From Acidimicrobiia bacterium (GTDB lineage Bacteria > Actinomycetota > Acidimicrobiia > Spongiisociales > ZC4RG35): 64,000 nucleotides of DNA. The notes beneath the pieces are model-generated. The model was not told the DNA's origin and did not search any database. It saw nothing but the letters and a program-made list of their open reading frames with translations. Positions 1-8,847 of the stretch are shown here, piece by piece. The position numbers and the translations under genes are program-made. The DNA lies in the NCBI GenBank assembly GCA_965209025.1, contig OZ242375.1, positions 2,261,380 through 2,325,379 of the forward strand. Direction: 5' to 3'. Within the stretch, counting starts at the first letter, position 1. Each line of letters opens with the position of its first letter.

Positions 1-486
1 GGCTGAGGCAAGGACCTCGGTGGGGAGGGGGGCCGCCAGCTTTCCCCTGGCCCTCACGAATTCTCCCCGGAAGTCGACTCGGCCCTCCTTGAAGAGGGTG
101 CGGAGGCAGGTCAGGTACTCTCGCATGTGACTGAGGGGCCGCCGAAAGTCGGCGCCGAAGGGGGACATGGCGGCAGGTGTGCTGGGACCCACGCCCAATC
201 GGATCCGACCGGGGGCCAGCGACTCCAGAGCGTCCACCTGCATGGCCAGCGCCAGAGGGTGGCGAGGCCAGATGGGAACCACCGCGGTCCCCATCCTGAT
301 CCGGGTTGTGACCTGGGACGCGGCAGCCATGATCGTGAGGGCGTCGGGCCGCAGGCGACCGGTGGTCAACCACACTGTGTCCGCTCCCGCCTCCTCGGCC
401 ATTCCGATCATCTCCAGGGTGGTGGCAGTCTCATCAGGCTGGACGACCACCCCGATCGCGGTGCTGCTATCCGCTTCAGAGGGCAT
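1..486 (-). CDS. LLM-class (luciferase-like) flavin/F420-dependent oxidoreductase, N-terminal part; the gene runs off the left edge
   Basis: Not in the ORF track. My own translation from the ATG at 486..484 gives MPSEADSSTAIGVVVQPDETATTLEMIGMAEEAGADTVWLTTGRLRPDALTIMAAASQVTTRIRMGTAVVPIWPRHPLALAMQVDALESLAPGRIRLGVGPS... This has the layout of luciferase-like monooxygenase family proteins. The frame is open to position 1. Confidence 0.6.
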   Translation of the reverse strand, partial: MPSEADSSTAIGVVVQPDETATTLEMIGMAEEAGADTVWLTTGRLRPDALTIMAAASQVTTRIRMGTAVVPIWPRHPLALAMQVDALESLAPGRIRLGVGPSTPAAMSPFGADFRRPLSHMREYLTCLRTLFKEGRVDFRGEFVRARGKLAAPLPTEVLASA

Positions 487-540
487 CTGGCCAGATTACC
501 TCGGAGGACGCCGGCAAAGCTTCGGTGTAGATTCACGGCC

Positions 541-1752
541 ATGCCGCGACAACGAGGCAACCCGACCCGGAGCGTCCTGCAAAGAGGGTGGATGTGGTTA
601 GCGGTCGTGACGGTGGGGTGGGTGGTGGTCCCGGTAGGGCCTGCCGTAGCTGCAACCGCAGAGTCGGACTTGGTGTGGATCCTCGAGGATGAGGTTGTCC
701 CCGAAGACCTCTACGCGGTGGGAAACCAGGTTCGCGTGTCGGGTCGGGTTGAGGGTGACCTGGTGGTGGTGGCCACCGAGGAGTTGGCCTTGGAAGGGGT
801 GGTGACCGGTTCGGTCACCGTTTTCGCCTCTCGGGTGGTGATTGCGGGAGCGGTGGAGGGCTCGGTCAGAGGGGCGGCGGGGGAAGTTGTTATCTCCGGA
901 CGGGTGGGGGGAGATGTGGTGGTGGGGGCATTGACTCTCCGGACAGGCGGTGAGGTGGGGAGGGACATACTGGCCGCGGCATGGTCGGGTACCACCGGGG
1001 GGAAGGTCGGCAGAGACCTCCGTGGCCTGTTCCGAAACTTGAGCCTGGGTGGGGAGATAGCCGGCGACGCCGAGATAAGGACCCGGAGCCTGGCCGGCGA
1101 ACCCGATTTGGCCATCCTCGGGGATCTGGATCTTCGAGCCGACCGGTTCTCGGGGGAACTGGAGGACAGGGTGGCCGGCTCGGTAATCAACCGCAGGGCG
1201 CTTCCTCCCAATGTCCGCCTCCGCGCCATTGGCCTGATGGTGTATCTGTCCGTGTCTTTCTTCATGTTGGCCGCCGGCCTGGTGATAATCCGCGTGGCGG
1301 CCTCACGGGTGTCCGAAGCCGCAGACCGGACCACCGATCTTCCGCTGCGAAGCCTGGGAAAGGGATTGATGTTGTTCCTTTCACCTCCTTTGGCCTTGGG
1401 CCTGTTGGGAGTGGCGATAGTCTGGGTTCCCGTTTCCATATGGGCTCCCCTGGTGGTGGGGGCGGTTCCCCTGCTGATCATCGTGGCCGGAGTGTGGCTG
1501 CTGGCTTTCTTGCTCTCCCACCTCCCCGTGGCCGTGGCGGCGGGCCGGGCCTTCGGCAGGCTCTTCGGGAGGCGCTGGGAAGTGTCCACTGCATACCTTG
1601 TGGGAGCTGTGGCATATCTGGTGGCACTGCGGATCCCTCTGGTCGGCTTGCCGCTGGTCCTCGTGGCCACGTTGCTGGGCGCCGGCGGGTGGCTGGGGAG
1701 ACGGAAGCCGGCGGGCGCCGACCAACTTCAACCCGGTCCTCTGACAGGTTGA
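541..1752 (+). CDS. Exported beta-helix repeat (bactofilin/polymer-forming-like) domain fused to a C-terminal polytopic membrane domain
   Basis: This is the 3' part of ORF 127..1752. The in-frame ATG at 541 precedes a signal-like segment (WMWLAVVTVGWVVVPVGPAVAATAES). Repeated G-x-V-x-GD/GS motifs follow (VSGRVEGDLVVV, VTGSVTVFA, ISGRVGGDVVVG, GGKVGRDL), then about 5 hydrophobic helices. The region upstream of 541 overlaps the divergent LLM gene. Confidence 0.55.
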   Translation: MPRQRGNPTRSVLQRGWMWLAVVTVGWVVVPVGPAVAATAESDLVWILEDEVVPEDLYAVGNQVRVSGRVEGDLVVVATEELALEGVVTGSVTVFASRVVIAGAVEGSVRGAAGEVVISGRVGGDVVVGALTLRTGGEVGRDILAAAWSGTTGGKVGRDLRGLFRNLSLGGEIAGDAEIRTRSLAGEPDLAILGDLDLRADRFSGELEDRVAGSVINRRALPPNVRLRAIGLMVYLSVSFFMLAAGLVIIRVAASRVSEAADRTTDLPLRSLGKGLMLFLSPPLALGLLGVAIVWVPVSIWAPLVVGAVPLLIIVAGVWLLAFLLSHLPVAVAAGRAFGRLFGRRWEVSTAYLVGAVAYLVALRIPLVGLPLVLVATLLGAGGWLGRRKPAGADQLQPGPLTG

Positions 1753-1785
1753 GGCGGCAACCGAGGATCGATACGCAGGTGAGTA

Positions 1786-1805
1786 GGGGGCAGGACCCCT
1801 TGCCC
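1786..1805. terminator. Possible bidirectional hairpin between convergent genes
   Basis: GGGGGCAGGACCCCTTGCCC forms an imperfect GC-rich hairpin in the 60-nt gap between the stop at 1752 (+) and the stop at 1812 (-). There is no clear U tract. Confidence 0.3.
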
Positions 1806-1811
1806 ACTCGA

Positions 1812-2891
1812 TCAGCCAGTGGACAGAAGTACCTTCACCTCATCACAGAGGCGGTCGGTGTCGCTCTGGTCGACTCCGATGTGGGTGACTATCCGTACCC
1901 GCCTCTCGCCGAAGGCGCCGACCAAGATGCCGCGAGACAGCAGCAGGTCGACCAGTTCGGCTGCGGTGGGGCCGTCTTGGGAAATGTCGAAGATCACGAT
2001 GTTGGTTTCTGCCGGCAGGACCTGCTCCACCAGTTCCAGGTCTCGCAACGTTGAGGCGATCTGAGCGGCGCGTCGATGGTCGTCCGCCAGCCGTTCCACA
2101 TTGTGGTCGAGGGCGTAGAGGCAGAGGGCCGCCATGAACCCTGACTGGCGCAAACCTCCCCCGAGAAGCTGTCGGAATCGCCAGGCTCGCTGGATGAATT
2201 CCTCGGATCCGACCAGGAGGGCGCCGAAGGGACACCCCAGGCCCTTGGTGAAGCAGATGGTGACGGAGTCGTACCCCTGGGCGTATTCCTTGGCCGACAC
2301 CCCGGTCTTGACCACTGCGTTGAGCAGCCGCGCCCCATCCATGTGAGTGGCCACGCCGGCGTCGGCCGAGACCCTGGCCACCTCCCTCAGGCTGTCAAGA
2401 GGCCAGACCGCTCCACCCCCCATATTGGCGGTCTGTTCGACGAGCACCATCGCGGTCTCGGGGATGTACAGGTTCCCTTTGGGTCGAATGGCGGCCGCAA
2501 CCTGCTCCGCGCCCAACATGCCGTTGACCCCGTCCAGCATCTGGGTCTGGACTCCCGCCAGCAAACCCGGCCCGCCGGCTTCGAAGTTGACCAGGTGGGA
2601 AGATCTCTCGGTTATGATCTCGTCGCCCGGGCGGCCGTGCACTGCCACCGCGATCTCGTTGGCCATCGTGGCGGACGGCATGAACAAGGCGTCTTCCTTG
2701 CCCAGCATCTCGGCCACCCGTTCGAGGAGTTCGGTGGTCGTCGGGTCCTCGCCTTTTTGTTCGTCGCCCAGCGTTGCGTCCATGGCGGCTTGGCGCATCT
2801 CACGGGACGGTATCGACTTGGTGTCGCTGAAGAAGTCGGCGGTACCCGGCGGCACTGGCCCTGCCTTCTTCCCTCCGTATGTACCAGCCAT
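1812..2891 (-). CDS. ltaE: Low-specificity L-threonine aldolase (PLP-dependent, beta-eliminating lyase fold), copy 1
   Basis: 359-aa ORF. It contains the family-typical blocks TMANEIAV, VEQTANMGGG, HMDGARL and CFTKGLG (PLP lysine). An SD-like AAAGGGG lies upstream of the ATG at 2891. Confidence 0.85.
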   Translation of the reverse strand: MAGTYGGKKAGPVPPGTADFFSDTKSIPSREMRQAAMDATLGDEQKGEDPTTTELLERVAEMLGKEDALFMPSATMANEIAVAVHGRPGDEIITERSSHLVNFEAGGPGLLAGVQTQMLDGVNGMLGAEQVAAAIRPKGNLYIPETAMVLVEQTANMGGGAVWPLDSLREVARVSADAGVATHMDGARLLNAVVKTGVSAKEYAQGYDSVTICFTKGLGCPFGALLVGSEEFIQRAWRFRQLLGGGLRQSGFMAALCLYALDHNVERLADDHRRAAQIASTLRDLELVEQVLPAETNIVIFDISQDGPTAAELVDLLLSRGILVGAFGERRVRIVTHIGVDQSDTDRLCDEVKVLLSTG

Positions 2892-2993
2892 TCACAAGCC
2901 CCTTTCTATGAGGTTCTCTTACCGCAAGATCCTGCAACAGCACTCTAACGCAGTAAAAGTGCCTCCATTCGGCCCGAAGGTCACCCGCGGGTC

Positions 2994-4073
2994 CTAGTGA
3001 GGATCGAGGAGGGTTTTCAACTCTGCGCACAGGCGGTCGGTGTCATCCTGGTCCACTCCGAGGTGGGTCACTATCCGTATCCGCCTCTCTCCGAAGGCGC
3101 CGACCGCAAAGCCCCGCAAGAGCAACTCCGCCACCAGTTCGGCTGCGGTCGGGCCGTCTTCGGAGATGTCGAAGATCACGATGTTGGTGTCTGCCGGCAG
3201 GACTGTGTCCACCCACGCCAGTCGTTCCAGGAAGGATGCGATCTGGGCGGCGCGGCGATGATCGTCCGCCAGGCGATCCACATTGTGGTCGAGGGCATAG
3301 ACGCAAAGGGCCGCCATGAACCCGGACTGTCGCAAGCCTCCCCCGATCAACTGTCGTATCCGCCAGGCGCGCTGGATGAACTTCTCGGACCCGGCGAGAG
3401 CCGCGCCAAAGGGACTGCCGAGGCCCTTGGAGAAGCAGAGGGTGACGGAGTCGAAGTCTTCCGAGTAGTCCTTCGCCGATGTGCCGGTCTTGACGACCGC
3501 GTTCATCAGGCGGGCCCCATCCAGATGGGTGGCGACTCCGGCCTCGTGGGCTGTCGCGGCGACCTCTCTCATCTGCTGGAGGGGCCAGATCGCCCCACCC
3601 CCCATGTTGGCCGTCTGTTCCACAACCACGAGGGCGGTTTCGGGGATGTACAGGTTGCCTTTGGGTCGAATGGCGGCCGCAACCTGCTCCGCGCAGAACA
3701 TGCCGTTGGCGCCGTCCAGCATCTGGGTCTGCACTCCCGCCAGCACACCGGGGCCACCGGACTCGAAGTTCACCACGTGTGAGGACCTTTCACAGATGAT
3801 TTCGTCTCCGGGCTTGCAGTGAATCGCCACCGCGATCTCGTTGGCCATGGTTGCCGCGGGCAGGAACAGGGCGTCTTCCTTGCCCAATAGGTCGGACACC
3901 CGTTCAAGGAGTTCGGTGGTTGTAGGGTCCTCGCCTTTTTGCTCGTCCCCGAGTGGGGCGTCCAGCGCCGCTTCTCGCATCTCGCGGGGAGGTATCGACT
4001 TTCCGTCGCTGTAGAAATCGGCGGTACCCGGCGGCAACGGGCATGCCTTCTTGCCTCCGTATGTACCCGCCAC
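2994..4073 (-). CDS. ltaE: Low-specificity L-threonine aldolase, tandem paralogue (copy 2)
   Basis: The ORF track gives 2994..4166. The alignment with copy 1 starts at VAGTYGGKKACP versus MAGTYGGKKAGP. That Val is a GTG at 4073..4071, preceded by SD GGAAGGA (4087..4081), so 4073 is the likelier start. The two copies are highly similar along their whole length. Confidence 0.85.
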   Translation of the reverse strand: MAGTYGGKKACPLPPGTADFYSDGKSIPPREMREAALDAPLGDEQKGEDPTTTELLERVSDLLGKEDALFLPAATMANEIAVAIHCKPGDEIICERSSHVVNFESGGPGVLAGVQTQMLDGANGMFCAEQVAAAIRPKGNLYIPETALVVVEQTANMGGGAIWPLQQMREVAATAHEAGVATHLDGARLMNAVVKTGTSAKDYSEDFDSVTLCFSKGLGSPFGAALAGSEKFIQRAWRIRQLIGGGLRQSGFMAALCVYALDHNVDRLADDHRRAAQIASFLERLAWVDTVLPADTNIVIFDISEDGPTAAELVAELLLRGFAVGAFGERRIRIVTHLGVDQDDTDRLCAELKTLLDPH

Positions 4074-4294
4074 TACCGATCCTTCCAAGAGGTCTCGTCG
4101 TATCGCACCATTGTGCGATAGCAGTGTATCGAATGGACGCGCCTCGGTTAGGAGAAGATTTCCCACTGTTTCTTGTTATCGCAACGAGTGGCAACTACTA
4201 GGATGGGCAAAAAGGCCGAGTCGAAAGACGACTGCTGCTCTAGTTTTGGGGTTGCGTCTGAACGACAAAGAGAATAGGTGAGAGGAGAACTCCA

Positions 4295-5893
4295 ATGACT
4301 AGACACAGAAGATTCGTAGGTCTCTTAGCGGTGGTGGCGCTGTTACTCGCCGCATGTGGAGACGACGAGGCCGCTACTACCACCGAAGCCCCCGCTACCA
4401 CGCAGGCGCCTGCGACCACCGAGGCCCCGGCCACGACTGCGGCGCCGACCACCACTGCGGCCCCGGAGCCGGAACCGATGGGGGCAAGCATCGTGATCGG
4501 TTTGGGTACCGAGCCCGGATCACTCGATCCACAGGCCGTCGACCAGTTCGCCATGTTCACTATCAATGACAACGTCTTCCATAAACTGGTTTCGCGCAAC
4601 GCGGCCGGGGACCTTGTGCCGGGTGCGGCCACCGATACGGGCACTCCCATAGATGACACGACCTGGCAGTACACGGTGCGCGAGGGCATTACCTTCCACA
4701 ACGGCGAGCCTCTCAACGCCGACGCGGTGGTTCACAGCGTCCTCCGGATAATCGACCCGGACTACGCGACACCCCTCAAGGACAACCTCGGAACCGTGGT
4801 GGGCGCTGAGAAGGTTGACGAGCACACGGTGAACATCCTCACCAGCGGCCCCGATCCCCTGATTCCAACCAGGATGACATTGCTCTACCTGGTCCCGCCC
4901 GAGGCGTCGCAGAGCGAGGACTTCGGCGATAACCCGGTTGGCTCAGGTCCGTACAAGTTCGTTTCCTGGGAGCGCGGCATCGCGGTGGAACTGGAGGCGG
5001 ATCCCGACTACCCGGGTCCCGCCCCGTCGGTGTCCAACGTGCGGTTCCTCTTCATCGAGGAGTACGGGACCCGTCTGGCCGGCGTCCTCAACGACGAGAT
5101 CGACCTGATGGTCGACCTCCTTCCCGAGGACAATGCGCGGGTCGATCAAGCGTGGAGCACCCCCACCGGGCTGAAGCAGTTCATCGTGTCGCTCAACGCC
5201 CGGGCCGGTAGCCCCGTCGAGGATGTGCGAATCCGCCAGGCTCTCAACTATGCGGTGGACAAGGAAGCTATTGCCGAGAGCCTGTTCTCGGGCATTGGAG
5301 AGATCCTGCAGGGCCAGATGCTGAACCCCAACTGGTTCGGATTCAACCCCGATCTCGATCCTTTCCCCTACAATCCCGACCGCGCCCGCGAGTTGCTGGC
5401 GGAAGCCGGCGCCGAGGATCTGGAGATCCAACTGGTCTCCCTGGTGGGCAATTCGCTCCTCGACAAGGAGACCACGGAAGTGGTGGCCGGGTACTGGGCT
5501 GAAGTCGGTGTGACCGCCGAGATATTCATACCCGAGTTCTCCGAGTACATCGATCGCCTCATCGACCGGGAGAACCGTCCCGACGCCATCTTCGTGCCGC
5601 ATGACAACATCCTGTTCGACGGTGACCGGACGCTGTCCGCCTATTACCACTCTCAGGGCTGCTGCGGCTCCATGGATCCGTCAGAGGCGGACGACTGGAT
5701 CGACGCGGCAAGAACCGAAATCGACCAGGACGCACGGCTGAAGCTGTACCAGGATGTCGGGCAGGCCGGCCACGACGGTGCCTGGTATGTGTGGCTCATC
5801 AGCATCCCCAACGTCTACGGCGGGACCGACCGGATCGACTGGTCCGCCCGCGCCGACGGTTTGATCCATGTGACCGACATAACAGTTTCCTAG
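4295..5893 (+). CDS. ABC transporter substrate-binding lipoprotein, family 5 (peptide/nickel, DppA/OppA-like)
   Basis: 532 aa. It has a lipobox (LLLAACGDD), then a Thr/Ala/Pro linker, then a typical SBP_bac_5 body. SD GAGAGGAG lies upstream. It is followed by two permease and two ATPase genes. Confidence 0.85.
   Translation: MTRHRRFVGLLAVVALLLAACGDDEAATTTEAPATTQAPATTEAPATTAAPTTTAAPEPEPMGASIVIGLGTEPGSLDPQAVDQFAMFTINDNVFHKLVSRNAAGDLVPGAATDTGTPIDDTTWQYTVREGITFHNGEPLNADAVVHSVLRIIDPDYATPLKDNLGTVVGAEKVDEHTVNILTSGPDPLIPTRMTLLYLVPPEASQSEDFGDNPVGSGPYKFVSWERGIAVELEADPDYPGPAPSVSNVRFLFIEEYGTRLAGVLNDEIDLMVDLLPEDNARVDQAWSTPTGLKQFIVSLNARAGSPVEDVRIRQALNYAVDKEAIAESLFSGIGEILQGQMLNPNWFGFNPDLDPFPYNPDRARELLAEAGAEDLEIQLVSLVGNSLLDKETTEVVAGYWAEVGVTAEIFIPEFSEYIDRLIDRENRPDAIFVPHDNILFDGDRTLSAYYHSQGCCGSMDPSEADDWIDAARTEIDQDARLKLYQDVGQAGHDGAWYVWLISIPNVYGGTDRIDWSARADGLIHVTDITVS
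4370..4475 (+). repeat. Thr/Ala/Pro-rich low-complexity linker coding repeat
   Basis: Encodes ATTTEAPATTQAPATTEAPATTAAPTTTAAPEPEP immediately after the lipobox Cys. Confidence 0.8.
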
Positions 5894-5975
5894 TACACCC
5901 AACGAATTCAACACCGGGCGTATCATCGGATCGGGTGACGCGCCCGGTGTTGAACCAAACGAGACGGGAGAGCCC

Positions 5976-6905
5976 ATGGGCCGGTACTTGCTGAAGCGTT
6001 TGTCTCAAGCGGTGCTGGTGGTGATCTCGGTCATGGTGGTGGTCTTCGTTGTGACCCGCCTCATCGGGGACCCGGTGGCGGTCATGTTGCCTCTGGAGGC
6101 CACTGAGGAGAATCGCGCCCTTCTAGAAGCGCAACTCGGTCTGGACAGGCCCATCCTGGCCCAGTTGGGCGACTATGTGGTGGACGCTGTCCGGTTCGAC
6201 TTGGGCGACTCCCTCTGGCAACGCCGTCCCGCAATGGACGTCGTGCTGGAGCGACTGCCTCCCACCCTCCTTCTGGTGGCGGCCGGGTTCGCTTTCGGAG
6301 TGTTGCTCGGGGTCGTGATCGGAGTCGTCTCCGGGATGCGGCCGGGGGGCTGGGTGGATCGAGCGGCCGTCACCTTCGGTTTGCTCGGAGTCTCCCTCCC
6401 GCAGTTCTGGATCGGGCTGGTGTTCATCGTCTTCTTCAGCGTGGGTCTAGGGTGGTTCCCCACCTCCGGTTCGGGGGGGATCGAGTATCTGGTGCTTCCG
6501 GCGGTCGTGCTCGGCCTGCCGGTAGTGGGCCGCATCGCCCTGGTCACCAGGTCTTCGATGATCGACGAGTTGAACACCCAGCACGTCAAAGACGCCACTG
6601 CTCGGGGAGTCTCGCGAGCTCGTATCGTCATGGTCCATGCCATGAAAGGCGCAGGCATCGCCACCATCACCATCGCCGGCTGGGAGTTGATCGGCGTCCT
6701 GGCCGGGGGGGCGGTGGTGGTGGAGACTGTCTACGCCTGGCCGGGGATCGGATTCACGGCCATGCAGGCAATCGAGCGGCACGATATCATCCTGGTCCAG
6801 GCGGTCGTGTTCGTGGTGGCGATCATGGTCGTCACGATCAACATCATCGTGGACATCGCATACACGATGCTCGATCCCCGGGTCAAGTTCGACCGGGTGT
6901 CATGA
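5976..6905 (+). CDS. ABC transporter permease (DppB/OppB-like)
   Basis: 309 aa, about 6 TM helices, BPD_transp_1-type protein. It lies directly downstream of the SBP gene. Confidence 0.85.
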   Translation: MGRYLLKRLSQAVLVVISVMVVVFVVTRLIGDPVAVMLPLEATEENRALLEAQLGLDRPILAQLGDYVVDAVRFDLGDSLWQRRPAMDVVLERLPPTLLLVAAGFAFGVLLGVVIGVVSGMRPGGWVDRAAVTFGLLGVSLPQFWIGLVFIVFFSVGLGWFPTSGSGGIEYLVLPAVVLGLPVVGRIALVTRSSMIDELNTQHVKDATARGVSRARIVMVHAMKGAGIATITIAGWELIGVLAGGAVVVETVYAWPGIGFTAMQAIERHDIILVQAVVFVVAIMVVTINIIVDIAYTMLDPRVKFDRVS

Positions 6906-7837
6906 AATCCGCCTCACCCCGTTCCCGGAGCGAGCGCCGGCGCTCGGGCGGATGGCTGATGCGGATTGTGCGGGACCCCACGGCGCTGTTCGGTGTCCTG
7001 GTCCTGGCGTTGCTGGTCGCCTCCGCACTGTTCGCCCCCATTATCGCTCCGCTCGATCCCAACAAGCAGGACCTGGCGGCCAGGTTGCTTCCACCCTTCT
7101 ATGCCGAGGGCGGCTCGTCGGGACACCTCCTCGGCACCGACCAACTGGGCCGGGACGTCTTGTCCCGAATCATTCATGGAGCAAGGATCTCCCTGACCAT
7201 CCCGCTGGTGTCGGTGACCCTGGCCGGTGTCTTCGGGACTGCGGTGGGTTTGCTGGCGGGTTACCGGGGCGGGAAGACAGACGCCTTCATCATGCGCATC
7301 GTCGACACCCTGTTCTCCTTCCCCGGGCTTCTCCTGGCGTTGACGATCCTCGCCGTGGTGGGGCCGAGTTTCTGGACTCTGGCGATCGTGCTGTCACTCA
7401 GGATCTGGATGGTGTTCGCCCGGATGACCCGGGGACTGGTCCTGTCGGCGAGGGAGGCCGAATACGTGGAGGCGGCGGAGTTGGTCGGCGCTTCACCGGT
7501 TCGGATAATGCTGCGCCATATCGCGCCCAACCTGACCGCGCCGCTGCTTACCTTGGCGGTCCTCGAGTCGGCTCATGTGATTTTGTCCGAGGCCGCCCTC
7601 TCATTCCTTGGATTGGGAATCCAGCCGCCCCAGACATCGTGGGGACTCGACGTGGCGATCGGTCGCCAGTACGTCTTCTCCGCTCCTTGGTTGATCATCT
7701 TCCCCGGGCTCGCCATCGCGGTGGCCGTCCTCGGAATCAATCTCCTGGCGGGTTGGCTGAGAGTGGCCGCCGATCCCCAGGAGAGCGCTAAGCGTTTCGC
7801 GGCGGCGGCCGATGCCCCCTCGGCTTGGTCGGGATGA
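6902..7837 (+). CDS. ABC transporter permease (DppC/OppC-like)
   Basis: The real start is the ATG at 6902 (MKSASPRS...LMRIVRDPTALFGVLVLALLV), which overlaps the upstream stop as ATGA. The longer track ORF from 6452 is an out-of-frame overlap with the previous permease. Confidence 0.85.
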   Translation: MKSASPRSRSERRRSGGWLMRIVRDPTALFGVLVLALLVASALFAPIIAPLDPNKQDLAARLLPPFYAEGGSSGHLLGTDQLGRDVLSRIIHGARISLTIPLVSVTLAGVFGTAVGLLAGYRGGKTDAFIMRIVDTLFSFPGLLLALTILAVVGPSFWTLAIVLSLRIWMVFARMTRGLVLSAREAEYVEAAELVGASPVRIMLRHIAPNLTAPLLTLAVLESAHVILSEAALSFLGLGIQPPQTSWGLDVAIGRQYVFSAPWLIIFPGLAIAVAVLGINLLAGWLRVAADPQESAKRFAAAADAPSAWSG

Positions 7838-8847
7838 TCCGCTCCGACCACCTTCTGGAGATTCGCAACCTCGAGGTTGTCTTCCCGACTCGGGAAGGCA
7901 CTGTCCAGGCAGTCCGAGGTGTCTCCTTCACAGTCGACGCGGGTGAGTCACTGGGCGTCGTGGGTGAATCGGGGTCGGGCAAGAGCACGCTGGCGCGTGC
8001 GGCTCTCGGGCTGATCGAGTTACCGGGCCGGATTGCGGGCGGCGAGATTCTGTGGAAGGGACGGTCGCTCCTGGACAAGCGGGCGGCCCGCCGGATCCGG
8101 GGACGGGAGATCAGCATGGTGTCCCAGGATCCAATGGCGTCGATGAGCCCGATCCTCACGATCGGCACCCAGATGACCGAGGTCATGACCAGGCATCTGG
8201 ACATCGGGAGCAGGGAGGCCTTCACAAGGGCGGGCGATCTTCTGGAGAAGGTTGGGATCCCCGACCCGGGGCGCCGCCTCGGACAGTACCCGTTCGAGTT
8301 CTCCGGTGGCATGCAGCAGCGGGTGGTAATCGCCACCGCCCTGTCCTGTGATCCGATGATGCTGATCGCCGACGAACCCACCACGGCCCTTGACGTGACC
8401 ACCCAGGCCCAGATCCTGGAACTGATCTCCTCTCTCCAAAAGGACCTGGGGCTGGCCCTCCTCCTGATCACCCACGACCTGGGAGTGGTGGCCGGAGCCT
8501 GTGACCTTCTGAAAGTGCTGTACGCGGGGGAGATCGTCGAGTCGGGGACGGCCGATCAGCTGTTTCACCGCCCTCATCACCCGTACACAGCCGCACTTTT
8601 GGGATCCACGCCTCGTCTCGACGTCAAGGCGGACCGCCTCATTGCGATCGAGGGCCATCCCCCTGATCTTCGCCATGTCGGCAGCGGATGCAGCTTCACC
8701 CCTCGCTGTCCTCACGCCACAGCCCGTTGCGCCTCCGCGTCCCCGGTGCTCCAACCATCTGGGGTGGGTCGGGCATATGCCTGCTGGAATCTTCTGAACG
8801 GTCGAGAAGCCCAGGATCTTCCCACGGCGAGGGCCGGGCATGAGTGA
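7834..8847 (+). CDS. ABC transporter ATP-binding protein (DppD/OppD-like)
   Basis: Walker A GESGSGKS, signature FSGGMQQR, Walker B LIADEPTTALD, and a C-terminal oligopeptide-ABC extension with Cys residues. The ATG at 7834 overlaps the upstream TGA. Confidence 0.9.
   Translation: MIRSDHLLEIRNLEVVFPTREGTVQAVRGVSFTVDAGESLGVVGESGSGKSTLARAALGLIELPGRIAGGEILWKGRSLLDKRAARRIRGREISMVSQDPMASMSPILTIGTQMTEVMTRHLDIGSREAFTRAGDLLEKVGIPDPGRRLGQYPFEFSGGMQQRVVIATALSCDPMMLIADEPTTALDVTTQAQILELISSLQKDLGLALLLITHDLGVVAGACDLLKVLYAGEIVESGTADQLFHRPHHPYTAALLGSTPRLDVKADRLIAIEGHPPDLRHVGSGCSFTPRCPHATARCASASPVLQPSGVGRAYACWNLLNGREAQDLPTARAGHE

Noticed and set aside
2892-2993. Possible glycine or other amino-acid riboswitch in the leaders of the two threonine aldolase genes (also 4074..4200)
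   Set aside because: I found no glycine-riboswitch-like core, T-box specifier/antiterminator, or other motif I recognise. The similarity between the two leaders is explained by the tandem duplication.
6452-6901. 150-codon N-terminal extension of the second Dpp-like permease ORF
   Set aside because: It overlaps the first permease in another frame. The ATG at 6902, with its ATGA stop/start overlap, gives a normal DppC-like N-terminus.
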